A DNA stretch of 64,000 bases, from NCBI GenBank assembly GCA_036521075.1, contig DATDIL010000031.1, positions 7,961 to 71,960 of the forward strand, in the 5' to 3' direction. Positions 35,489 to 43,841 of the stretch are shown here, one piece after another. Positions within the stretch are counted from its first letter, which is position 1; the number at the start of each line of letters is the position of its first letter. Both the position numbers and the translations under genes were made by a program. The DNA is from Steroidobacteraceae bacterium. Lineage in GTDB: Bacteria; Pseudomonadota; Gammaproteobacteria; Steroidobacterales; Steroidobacteraceae. The notes beneath the pieces are model-generated. The model worked only from the letters and a program-made list of their open reading frames with translations, had not been told where the DNA came from and did no database searches.

Positions 35489-36214
35489 CTACTGCTTCAG
35501 TGCCGTGACCGTCACGGCCTTTGCCTGATACAAGACCGGCAGCAGCTTCTGAAAATTACGGATCTTCGGCAGATCGTTGTAGACGATATAGGGGCTCGTC
35601 GGGTTCATCAGCAGATAATCCTGGTGGTAGCCCTCCGCCGGGTAGAAGCCCTGCAGCGGTGAGATCTGCGTGACGATGGGCGCGCCAAAGACGCCGCTCT
35701 TGGACAGTTGCGCGATGTAGCTTGCGGCAACTTTCTTCTGGGTATCATTCGCGTAGAAGATGACGGAACGATACTGCGTGCCGGTATCAGGTCCCTGGCG
35801 GTTCAGCTCGGTCGGGTTGTGCGCCACCGAGAAGTACACGTGCAGGATCTCACCGTAAGTGACCTGCAGCGGGTCGTAGGTGATCTGCACCGACTCCGCA
35901 TGCCCCGTATTACCCTCGCTGACCACTTCGTAGCTTGCGGTGCTTTTCGCGCCGCCCGAATAGCCGGACAAGACCTGACGCACGCCGATCAGGTGCTCGA
36001 ACACACCCTGCACGCCCCAGAAGCAGCCCCCCGACAGTACCGCCGTCTGCAGCGCTCCTGCAGCCTTGGGCACATCGTAGGCTGGCGACGGAATCGCGAC
36101 CGCTGGCTCGGCCGCCGATAGCGGCGTCGACACCATCATGCCGACCAACAGCCCGCCCAGAACGGCGCGAGAGGCGATTTTTACTATTGGTAACAGTCTT
36201 GCGTTGGCTGACAT
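35489..36214 (-). CDS. msrA: peptide-methionine (S)-S-oxide reductase MsrA with Sec-type signal peptide
   Basis: 241 aa. A hydrophobic N-terminus (AVLGGLLVGMMVSTPLSAA) precedes the catalytic GGCFWGVQGVFEHL, plus GHAESVQITYDP and YHQDYL. Confidence 0.85.
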   Translation of the reverse strand: MSANARLLPIVKIASRAVLGGLLVGMMVSTPLSAAEPAVAIPSPAYDVPKAAGALQTAVLSGGCFWGVQGVFEHLIGVRQVLSGYSGGAKSTASYEVVSEGNTGHAESVQITYDPLQVTYGEILHVYFSVAHNPTELNRQGPDTGTQYRSVIFYANDTQKKVAASYIAQLSKSGVFGAPIVTQISPLQGFYPAEGYHQDYLLMNPTSPYIVYNDLPKIRNFQKLLPVLYQAKAVTVTALKQ

Positions 36215-36257
36215 GCTTGCGTCCTCTGAATTACAGGATATACCTTTAGTGCGGCCG

Positions 36258-36773
36258 TCAGCGCATCAGTTCCAGTGGCTGCGGCAGCACTTTGAGCAGC
36301 TCGGCATCGAATTGCGCATCGATGTGGAAGAACGCCATGCGCGCCGGCTGACTCGAACGGTTCTCCCAGGCGTGGTCGGTGCCACGCTGCACCACGACAT
36401 CGCCCGCACGCAGCGTGAGCTCACTGTCATCGAGCACCAGCACGATCTCCCCTGTGATCACCACGACGTAGTCGAGGGTGCGGGTCCGGTGCATCACGGT
36501 GCGTTTGCCGCCCTGCTCGGGCGGATAGATCTCGATGATGCGCAGCAAATGCCCCGACACCGGCATGATGCTGAAGGCGCGTTCATTGGGCTCGCTCTCC
36601 TGCGCACTCAGCAGCGGCACGGGGCGCGCGGAATTCCACACCTCGTAGAAATCGGCCCCCACCTCCGGTCCGTGCATGGGATGGTGTTGCGGTGGCGGCC
36701 CATCGTGCAGCACAACTGATTTGCCGGTCTGGTCATGACCGGTGACGACACGTCGTGGTGCGGTATCCGTCAT
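36258..36773 (-). CDS. cupin-domain protein
   Basis: Internal ATG at 36773 forms an ATGA overlap with the upstream gene's stop (track ORF extends to 36848). Cupin beta-barrel pattern: HRTRTLDYVVVITGEIVLVLDD...LRAGDVVVQRGTDHAW. Confidence 0.7.
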   Translation of the reverse strand: MTDTAPRRVVTGHDQTGKSVVLHDGPPPQHHPMHGPEVGADFYEVWNSARPVPLLSAQESEPNERAFSIMPVSGHLLRIIEIYPPEQGGKRTVMHRTRTLDYVVVITGEIVLVLDDSELTLRAGDVVVQRGTDHAWENRSSQPARMAFFHIDAQFDAELLKVLPQPLELMR

Positions 36774-37312
36774 TTGGGCACATCCGGCTTGGCGTCGGTG
36801 TTTGGATTGAAATGCAGGGCCGCCGGATCCTTCGGCACACTGTCCCAATGCTCGGCAATCTTGCCGTTCTCGATGCGGAACAGATCAAAGTGCGTGCCCG
36901 CGTACTTGGTTCCCGGATTACTCGGATCCGGACTGTAAGTGACGGTCGCAACCAGCACCTTGTCGCCCTCCGCCATGATTGCGATCACGGGGAATGTAAT
37001 GGTCGGATCAATGGGCCGCACCGGCCGCGTGGACTTCATGTACTGAACCATTGCATCCCGACCGGTCGCGACGTTTGGATTGTGCTGGATGTAATCCTTG
37101 GTGAAGTACTTTGGCGCCAGTTCGGTGTGAGCGCCCTGAATGATCGCCCGCCACATGTCGAACACCAGCTTCTTGTTGGCCGCGAGTTTGGCGTCCTGGG
37201 CCTTCAGCAGTGCGGCCTGATTCGGTGCCGCAGTGGGGGGCACCTGCGCGCTGCCGGTGCCCACACAGGCCAGCGCGATTGCGCCACAAACGAATGGTGT
37301 GATGATTTTCAT
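36770..37312 (-). CDS. secreted SnoaL/NTF2-like fold protein
   Basis: Internal ATG at 37312 after GGAGG, with signal MKIITPFVCGAIALACVGTGSAQ. NKKLVFDMWRAIIQG...YFTKDYIQHNP...FRIENGKIAEHWD is typical of SnoaL-like proteins. Confidence 0.7.
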   Translation of the reverse strand: MKIITPFVCGAIALACVGTGSAQVPPTAAPNQAALLKAQDAKLAANKKLVFDMWRAIIQGAHTELAPKYFTKDYIQHNPNVATGRDAMVQYMKSTRPVRPIDPTITFPVIAIMAEGDKVLVATVTYSPDPSNPGTKYAGTHFDLFRIENGKIAEHWDSVPKDPAALHFNPNTDAKPDVPK

Positions 37313-37341
37313 TGTACCTCCAGATTGTTCAGCCGTTGACG

Positions 37342-38178
37342 CTAGGAGCGAATGAAGCCCAGCAGGTCGGCATTGATGGTCGCAGCTTCCGTCGTGCACA
37401 TCCCATGCGCAAAGCCCTTGTATACCTTAAGGGTGGAGTTTCTCACCAGTTTCGCCGTCAGCAAGCCGGAGTCCGCGATCGGCACGATCTGGTCATCGTC
37501 GCCATGCATGACCAGCGTGGGCACCGTTATTTTCAGCAGATCCGGCGTGAAATCCGTCTGCGAGAAGGCGACGATGCCATCGTGATGTGCCTTCGCGCCT
37601 CCCATCATGCCCTGCCGCCACCAGTTGCGAACCACCCCCTCCGAGACCCTTGCCCCCGGGCGATTGAATCCATAGAACGGACCTGCCGCCAGGTCCAGGT
37701 AGAACTGCGCGCGGTTGTCGGCAACCTGCTTCTGGAAGCCATCAAACAGTTCCTTCGGCAGGCCACCGGGATTGGCGGAGGTCTTGACCATGAGCGGCGG
37801 GACGGCGCTGATCAGGACGGCCTTGGCGACGCGGCTGTGGCCGTGGCGCCCCAGGTAACGGGCGACCTCGCCGCCACCGGTCGAATGCCCGACATGTACC
37901 GCCTCGCGTAAATCCAGATGGGCCGTCAATGCGGCGAGATCATCGGCGTAATGATCCATGTCGTGTCCGTCACAGGTCTGGCTGGAACGGCCGTGGCCGC
38001 GCCGATCATGCGCGATCACGCGAAAGCCGTGATTCACGAAGAACATCAGCTGCGCATCCCAGTCATCGGCTGACAACGGCCAGCCATGCGAGAAGACAAT
38101 CGTTGGGCCATCGCCCCAGTCTTTGTAGAAAATCCTGACGCCATCCCGCGTCGTGAGCGTGTCCTGGTGAATATTCAT
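37342..38178 (-). CDS. alpha/beta-hydrolase, non-haem haloperoxidase/perhydrolase (aryl-esterase) type
   Basis: Internal ATG at 38178. Motifs: [38 protein letters not shown], nucleophile elbow GHSTGGG, and the C-terminal Y.G..HG. Confidence 0.8.
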   Translation of the reverse strand: MNIHQDTLTTRDGVRIFYKDWGDGPTIVFSHGWPLSADDWDAQLMFFVNHGFRVIAHDRRGHGRSSQTCDGHDMDHYADDLAALTAHLDLREAVHVGHSTGGGEVARYLGRHGHSRVAKAVLISAVPPLMVKTSANPGGLPKELFDGFQKQVADNRAQFYLDLAAGPFYGFNRPGARVSEGVVRNWWRQGMMGGAKAHHDGIVAFSQTDFTPDLLKITVPTLVMHGDDDQIVPIADSGLLTAKLVRNSTLKVYKGFAHGMCTTEAATINADLLGFIRS

Positions 38179-38280
38179 GGCGGCGGCTCCCGTGGAATCA
38201 CCGTAGAGTATCGCAGGCTGGCGCGGCATATACCGATCTGAAGCGCGCGGGCGCCTTGCTGCCCTGAACGGGCGACTGCT

Positions 38281-40434
38281 TTAGGCCACGAAGCGTATTT
38301 TGGAGTGGCGGCCGGAAGGATCCGCGCCGCCCATGGGGGTGCCCAGCTGGTATGCCGACATCGTCTCGACCAGGCGGTTGGCCTGCTCGGCCATCGCGCC
38401 GGAGGCCGCCGAGGCCTCCTCGATCAGTGCGGCATTCTGCTGCGTCATGCCGTCCATCTGCATGACGGCCTCGTTCACCTGATCAATGCCGGCGGACTGC
38501 TCGCGGGAAGCGGCGGCGATTTCACCCACGATGTCCGCGACTTTCTTGACCGACACCAGGATGTCATTGAGGGTGGTACCCGATTGCGTGACCAGGGTCG
38601 AACTGTCGCCGACCCGGCGCACGCAATCATGGATGAGGCCCTTGATCTCTTTGGCCGCCACGGCGGAACGACTGGCGAGGCTGCGCACCTCGGCTGCGAC
38701 CACCGCGAAGCCTCGGCCCTGCTCGCCCGCACGCGCAGCTTCCACCGCGGCGTTCAGCGCGAGCAGATTCGTCTGGAAGGCGATCTCGTCGATGGTGCCG
38801 ATGATGTCGGCGATGCGTTGGGCCGCGACATTCATCTCGGCCATGGCGTCGACCGCCTTGCCGACGATCAGGCCGCCCTTCTCAGCCTGGTTCCGCGCGG
38901 CCACCGCCAGCTGATTCGCCTGGCTGGCGTTGTCGGCATTTTGCTTGACGGTGCTGGTCATCTCTTCCATCGAGGCAGCCGTGGCTTCCAACGCCGAGGA
39001 CTGCTCCTGGGTGCGCTCCGAGAGCCCGAGGTTGCCATCCGAGATTTCGCTTGCCGCCCGACCCACTTCACTGGCGGCCTGCTGTACGTCGCGGATGATC
39101 TTGACCATGTTGTCGAGCATCTGATTCACGCCATTGGCGAGCACCAGCAGGAATCCGGACTTGTCGTCGATGGCGATGCGACGATTCAGCTCCCCTTCGA
39201 GTGCGCCCGCGACAATGGCATTGACCTCCTCCTCGGCACGTACTTCGGGAGTGCGGTCAAACCATTCCACAGTCGTGCCCAGCCGGCGCCCGTCGGCGTC
39301 TATCACGGGAGTGGTGACGATGCGCAGCGCCCGACCGCCGATACGGGTATCAGTAGTCGTCGGCTCCTTCAATTCCGTGAGTTTGTGGCGATGTTGATCG
39401 AAGTTGCGATAGAACACCTCCATGTAGGAACCGATGACCTTATCGGCCTGGAAGGCCGGCAGCTCTTTGCGGAAATCGGCTTCCATATCGTGAAACAGGC
39501 GGCTGGCCGAGGCATTCGCGTAGACGACGCGCAGATTTTCATCGGCCAGCATGATGTTGGCGCTCGCACTGTTGAGTGCCTGGCGCAGCAGGGATGCCTT
39601 GCGGCGCTCCTCGGCGATCTGATAGCCCATCTTGACGCGCAAGGTCAGCAGTGCCCGCTGGATTTCGCCGGTCCTATGCGCACTGACGGCCTTGAAGCTG
39701 GTCGTGAATCGACCGTCAGAGAGGTCGTGGATGAAGGAGACCGTATCCTGGCTCGCCGCTTCGCGGCGGCGCGCGGCCAGCAACACCCGGCTCACCCACA
39801 GCACGCATCTCAGGCCCAGCAAGGCTGCAACGGTTGCGCGCAACGGCACTCCGCCGGGCAGCTGGGGCGCAAGCAACAGCGCTGCGGCGCCGAGCAGCAC
39901 GGTGACCCCGGCCGCCGTATCGAGCCAGCGACGACCCTGGTCAGAGACCTTGGACAGCGGGTTCAGGGATTGGCGCCAGTGGGTGCGCACGGCGCGCCCG
40001 TCCGAGATCGAAAGCCCTTTCTCCGAACCCTCCCGCAGTTTGCGATACAGCTCCTCGGCCTCGCGAATCTGCTGGGCGGTGGGCTTGGTGCGCATCGTCA
40101 TGTAGCCGCTGATGGCTCCGCCTTCGCGCAGCGGCGTCGCATTGGCAATGTCCCAGAAATAGTCGCCGTTCTTGCGGCGGTTCTTCATCAAACCGGACCA
40201 GGGCCGACCGGAGTGCAGGCTGTTCCACAGGTCCGCGTAGACCGCGTCGGGCACATCCGGATGGCGCAGGCTGCCATGATCCTTCCCGATCAGTTCTTCG
40301 GCGCTGAAGCCGCTGACCTGGATGAATTCCGGGCTGACTTCAATGATCTTGCCGTTAACGTCGGTCACGGAAACGATGAGTGCACCATCGCGGACGACGT
40401 ATTCGTTCTGCGTCAGGGCCGAATTGACATTCAT
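38281..40434 (-). CDS. methyl-accepting chemotaxis protein with N-terminal Aer-like PAS, membrane hairpin, second PAS and MCP signalling domain
   Basis: 717 aa. PAS1: [48 protein letters not shown]. Two TM segments follow (residues ~170-215). The highly conserved MCP hairpin is [38 protein letters not shown]. Confidence 0.85.
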   Translation of the reverse strand: MNVNSALTQNEYVVRDGALIVSVTDVNGKIIEVSPEFIQVSGFSAEELIGKDHGSLRHPDVPDAVYADLWNSLHSGRPWSGLMKNRRKNGDYFWDIANATPLREGGAISGYMTMRTKPTAQQIREAEELYRKLREGSEKGLSISDGRAVRTHWRQSLNPLSKVSDQGRRWLDTAAGVTVLLGAAALLLAPQLPGGVPLRATVAALLGLRCVLWVSRVLLAARRREAASQDTVSFIHDLSDGRFTTSFKAVSAHRTGEIQRALLTLRVKMGYQIAEERRKASLLRQALNSASANIMLADENLRVVYANASASRLFHDMEADFRKELPAFQADKVIGSYMEVFYRNFDQHRHKLTELKEPTTTDTRIGGRALRIVTTPVIDADGRRLGTTVEWFDRTPEVRAEEEVNAIVAGALEGELNRRIAIDDKSGFLLVLANGVNQMLDNMVKIIRDVQQAASEVGRAASEISDGNLGLSERTQEQSSALEATAASMEEMTSTVKQNADNASQANQLAVAARNQAEKGGLIVGKAVDAMAEMNVAAQRIADIIGTIDEIAFQTNLLALNAAVEAARAGEQGRGFAVVAAEVRSLASRSAVAAKEIKGLIHDCVRRVGDSSTLVTQSGTTLNDILVSVKKVADIVGEIAAASREQSAGIDQVNEAVMQMDGMTQQNAALIEEASAASGAMAEQANRLVETMSAYQLGTPMGGADPSGRHSKIRFVA

Positions 40435-40665
40435 CGTGGCACAATTTCCGTGTGCAGCGACGGACGCTGCTTTCCTTGGCCCCTTTATCGTTCAATCGGC
40501 ACCAATCTGAAGCGATTCATATCCCGGTTCCGCGGCTCGAAGGGCATTTCGGCGCAAACCGTTGCGAAAAGGGTGACTCAGGTCCTGTTGCATCGCAGCA
40601 ATATTGGCCGAATCAGCGTTGTCGGCCGGCTCACCGTCCAAAGTGCGCGCCCGGTCGGGACCCCT

Positions 40666-41175
40666 CTAGGGTGAGATCGCGAGGGGCTTGATCAGCGCCT
40701 TGCCCCTTTGATTCTGGAATGGATTGGCGAGCGAGGCGGTCAGGGTGGAGAGGTCAGTGAGGCCTGCGGATGCAACTGCAGTTGCCGGCGCATCATGGCT
40801 CGAGGGTTTCTCTCGAGTCGGAATACGCAAAGTAAACGTTGCGGGCAGCGATGACTCGTGCCACTGCTGGCGGTTGAAATCCCAGGTGAGCCTGCGATCC
40901 AATTCCAACCGCAGGGCAGAGTGCGCGCCCAGCTGCAGATCCAGCAACGCGCGACGATTCAAAGGTGAGGTCGGATTGCTCGCGCGGATATCCGGTGGTG
41001 TGACCGCCTTGTCCAATCGCAACCCAAACACGTGACTGTGCGCGTGCCCATCCAGCGGCACGGTCACATACATCATGATCTGGGGACCGGCGGCCCGTGC
41101 AGTGGTCGTTGCCATCATGCCGGCGCCGGCCAGAGCGAGCGCTGCAAATATCTTTCTTGCAATGACTGTGGTCAT
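40666..41175 (-). CDS. secreted hypothetical protein
   Basis: Internal ATG at 41175 with signal MTTVIARKIFAALALAGAGMMATTTARA. It contains a His cluster (DGHAHSH). No family recognised. Confidence 0.5.
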   Translation of the reverse strand: MTTVIARKIFAALALAGAGMMATTTARAAGPQIMMYVTVPLDGHAHSHVFGLRLDKAVTPPDIRASNPTSPLNRRALLDLQLGAHSALRLELDRRLTWDFNRQQWHESSLPATFTLRIPTREKPSSHDAPATAVASAGLTDLSTLTASLANPFQNQRGKALIKPLAISP

Positions 41176-41325
41176 CACCTTAATCCCTTGTCCGGAATCA
41201 TACTCCCGGCGCAAGCGCAAAGTGCTTCAGGGAATGCGGAAGCCGCTGTAAAATAGCTCCTACAGCTGTTGAGTTGACAATAGTAGCCGGCAGCGCTGCA
41301 TTATGGCGTATGCCTCATCGGTCGA

Positions 41326-41943
41326 TCAGAACCAGTTGAAATTGAAGCTGATGCTCACGCGCTCCTGGCGACGCGTATTCGGGGTGACTTCGTGGCGTAA
41401 CCAGCTTTCAAACAACACTACCTGGCCCGCAGCCGCCGCCAGCGTCACCCACGGGCGGTTGCGTGTTTTGCACGAACGCTTGCGCGGCGGCGCCGCCATG
41501 AAACGGTCCAATCGCGGATCTTCAAACTTGATGCCCGGTCCTCCCGCGGGCATTTGCACGAAGTAAGTGCCGCTGACGGTCGCGAGCGGATGCAAGTGCA
41601 GGCTGTGCGCGACCCGATGCGGCATGATGTTGATCCAGCAGTCGGTCATCGCGAGTTTGCGGCCGCGCAGATCCCACTCGACACTGCGTGCGAAGGCTGC
41701 CAGATGCGGCTTGAGCAGCCGTCTTAAGGTGTCGAAAGTCGGTGAGACTTCATACAGCCGGTGCTGCGAAGCATAAGAGGTGTAGCCGCCCGGATAATTC
41801 GTGCGCGACCAGATGCGGCCGGCCGCATCGTCGATGCGCAGCTGCCGGCATTCGCGCAGCAGGCGCTGATTGAAGCGCTCCTGCCCATGCTTGCGCAGCG
41901 CCGCCGAATAAACCAGGGTCGGAAACAGGGCCTGGGTGGCCAT
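41326..41943 (-). CDS. putative 2OG-Fe(II) oxygenase-like protein (TIGR02466-type conserved hypothetical)
   Basis: 205 aa. MATQALFPTLVY..., WINIMPHRVAHSLHLHP, SGTYFV and LFESWLRHEV fit the HxD/H...H jelly-roll pattern of that family, by recall. Confidence 0.55.
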   Translation of the reverse strand: MATQALFPTLVYSAALRKHGQERFNQRLLRECRQLRIDDAAGRIWSRTNYPGGYTSYASQHRLYEVSPTFDTLRRLLKPHLAAFARSVEWDLRGRKLAMTDCWINIMPHRVAHSLHLHPLATVSGTYFVQMPAGGPGIKFEDPRLDRFMAAPPRKRSCKTRNRPWVTLAAAAGQVVLFESWLRHEVTPNTRRQERVSISFNFNWF

Positions 41944-41955
41944 TGCCGCGCGCGT

Positions 41956-42819
41956 TCAGTACCCGGCCAAATACAGGCCGCCGACCGCCATGGCGGCCAG
42001 CAGGCAGTACACGCCGAACAGATACCAGCGACCGTTTTCCAGCCAGCGACTGAGCCATTTCAATGCGAGCAGGCCCGCCACGAATGACAGCAGCGCGCCG
42101 ACCAGGCTGGGGACGACGGCCCCGGCCAGGGCTGCCACGCCGCCTGCATGTTCTTCGTGCAGTACCCGCAGGCTCTCGCGCGCGTCAACGGCCGGTGTGA
42201 GCACGACCGCGAGTGCGAAGCTGAAACTTTCGGCACTGGCCTTTGCGACCCCGGCCAGCATGCCCACGGAGATGGTCGCACCGGAACGGGAGAAGCCGCG
42301 AAATGGCAGACACAGGCCCTGGATGGCGCCGATGAGCGCGGCCTGGCGCGTGGTGAGGTCATCCACAACAGTGGGGTCGCGCGCCGGGCGTTCACGCCAT
42401 CCGGCAAACAGGATCAGCACCCCCGCCACCGCCAACGCCGGTGCGATCAGCTCCAGATGGCTGAACAGATCCTCGATCTGCGCATGCGGCACGCCCCGAA
42501 AGGCGCTCTTTTCGATCAGCAGTTTCAGGGCTTCGCCGATCAGCCCGGTCAGCGCTGTCGCCACGATGACCTGCACGGCCATGCGTTTGAACTGCACCCA
42601 GCTGGAGAAGTAGGTCGCGCGCCAGCGTCGCCAGAAGTACACGATGACCGCAAACATGGTGCCGGTATGCAGCATGACCAGCAGCAACGTCATCGATGGG
42701 GCGGAGGGATCCAGCCCCATGAGCTTCTCGGCCACTACGACGTGTGCGGAGCTGGACACAGGCAACAGCTCGGCCAGGCCCTGCACGATGGCAAGGACAA
42801 CGACTTTCAGGAATGACAT
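41956..42819 (-). CDS. uppP: undecaprenyl-diphosphate phosphatase
   Basis: 287 aa and polytopic. Hallmarks: IVQGLAELLPVSSSAH, and later FSRSGATISVGMLAG. Confidence 0.9.
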   Translation of the reverse strand: MSFLKVVVLAIVQGLAELLPVSSSAHVVVAEKLMGLDPSAPSMTLLLVMLHTGTMFAVIVYFWRRWRATYFSSWVQFKRMAVQVIVATALTGLIGEALKLLIEKSAFRGVPHAQIEDLFSHLELIAPALAVAGVLILFAGWRERPARDPTVVDDLTTRQAALIGAIQGLCLPFRGFSRSGATISVGMLAGVAKASAESFSFALAVVLTPAVDARESLRVLHEEHAGGVAALAGAVVPSLVGALLSFVAGLLALKWLSRWLENGRWYLFGVYCLLAAMAVGGLYLAGY

Positions 42820-42856
42820 GCCAGCAGTTTAGTCGGCTTGGCGAAAAATAACCGGC

Positions 42857-43687
42857 TCAGGACCAGTCGCCGCCACCACCGCCATCACCGCCGCCATCAC
42901 CACCCCAGCCACCCGAATCACCGCCGCTGCTGTCATTGCCCCAGGAACTGCCATCCTGGGTACCGAAATCGGCGCCCCCCATATCCTGGTTCTGCGGCGG
43001 ATCACGCAAATCCGTACTGGGAGCGATGCCACCTGTGCTGCGGCCATCGATGACGTGGCGGACCAACTCCTCCCCGGCCGCAACGCCTGCGCCAATCGCC
43101 AGACCACTGGCGAGATTGCCCATCAGGCCCGAGCCACCCGACGGAGGATAGGAAGGACCATAGCCATAGCCGGACTGCAGACCCGGATTGCCCGGCGGCA
43201 GCGCGCCCGGGACCAGGCCCTGCTGTGCGCGACTACGCAACATGCTCCACAGCACGAACGCGCCAAGCGCCAGCACAATGATCCAGCCCCAAGGCACGGC
43301 AGTGCGATGCACGGCCGGCGCGACCGCCAGCGGACCCGTACCCGGCACGATGGGACGGATGCCGGTCAGCTGCCGTTGCAGTGCGCTCAACGTGTTCGCA
43401 TTGGTGAAGGACTGGGTCGGATCGAGCTGCTTCGCCGTCGCCAGCTGCTGCCGCGCCGCTGCAAAGTCGCCGATGCGCGCGTCCAGCTCCGCGGCAATGA
43501 AGTGCGCCTTGGCGTTCTGCGGATGATCGCGCAGCATCTGGTCGATCATCTGTTGTGCCTGGGCCATATGGCCCGACTGCGCGGCCTCGTAAATCTGATG
43601 TGGCGTGGCATCGGCATCCGCAGCGGCGACACCGGCAATTCCCGCAGCCACAATGGCGAGCAGCGCAACGAGAGCACGCTTGAACAT
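42857..43687 (-). CDS. TPR-like periplasmic domain / single TM / Gly-Asp-rich tail protein (C-terminal half DUF2076-like)
   Basis: Internal ATG at 43687 after GGAGAA, with signal MFKRALVALLAIVAAGIAGVAAA. TPR-like helices come first, then the TM segment WGWIIVLALGAFVLW, then GNLASGLAIGAGVAAGEELV, then the tail GGDSGGWGGDGGGDGGGGGDWS. Confidence 0.6.
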   Translation of the reverse strand: MFKRALVALLAIVAAGIAGVAAADADATPHQIYEAAQSGHMAQAQQMIDQMLRDHPQNAKAHFIAAELDARIGDFAAARQQLATAKQLDPTQSFTNANTLSALQRQLTGIRPIVPGTGPLAVAPAVHRTAVPWGWIIVLALGAFVLWSMLRSRAQQGLVPGALPPGNPGLQSGYGYGPSYPPSGGSGLMGNLASGLAIGAGVAAGEELVRHVIDGRSTGGIAPSTDLRDPPQNQDMGGADFGTQDGSSWGNDSSGGDSGGWGGDGGGDGGGGGDWS

Positions 43688-43841
43688 CTGTGTTTCTCCG
43701 TGGGACCGCGGAACTGCTGATCCCAAACGCTCATCTGGGGAGTGGTGCCCGGAATCTCAAGTGAGGGTCCGCCACGCCTGCGACACCTATTGTAATGCGG
43801 TGTAACTAATTGATGATTAACATTAGTAAATCTGCTTGGGC

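Noticed and set aside
34533-35528. 331-aa plus-strand ORF, plus similar long antisense ORFs at 7099-7959, 46910-48076, 48652-49674, 59399-60418, 36755-37339 and 63406-63975
   Set aside because: All lie opposite strongly supported genes (dipZ, AKR, MFP, OMF, ccmC/D, SnoaL/cupin, methyltransferase). They have Arg/Pro/Gly-biased composition typical of spurious high-GC frames.
40435-40665. Possible sigma-28 (FliA) promoter upstream of the chemoreceptor gene
   Set aside because: Only a partial -10-like GCCGATTG is present on the minus strand. There is no TAAAG/TCAAG -35 element at the right spacing.
38305-40674. 789-aa plus-strand ORF, the longest non-annotated ORF in the track
   Set aside because: It lies entirely antisense to the chemoreceptor gene. 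Its composition is Arg/Gly/His/Leu-rich with no recognisable motifs. That is the typical mirror-frame artefact of high-GC coding DNA, whereas the minus-strand MCP has unmistakable conserved motifs.
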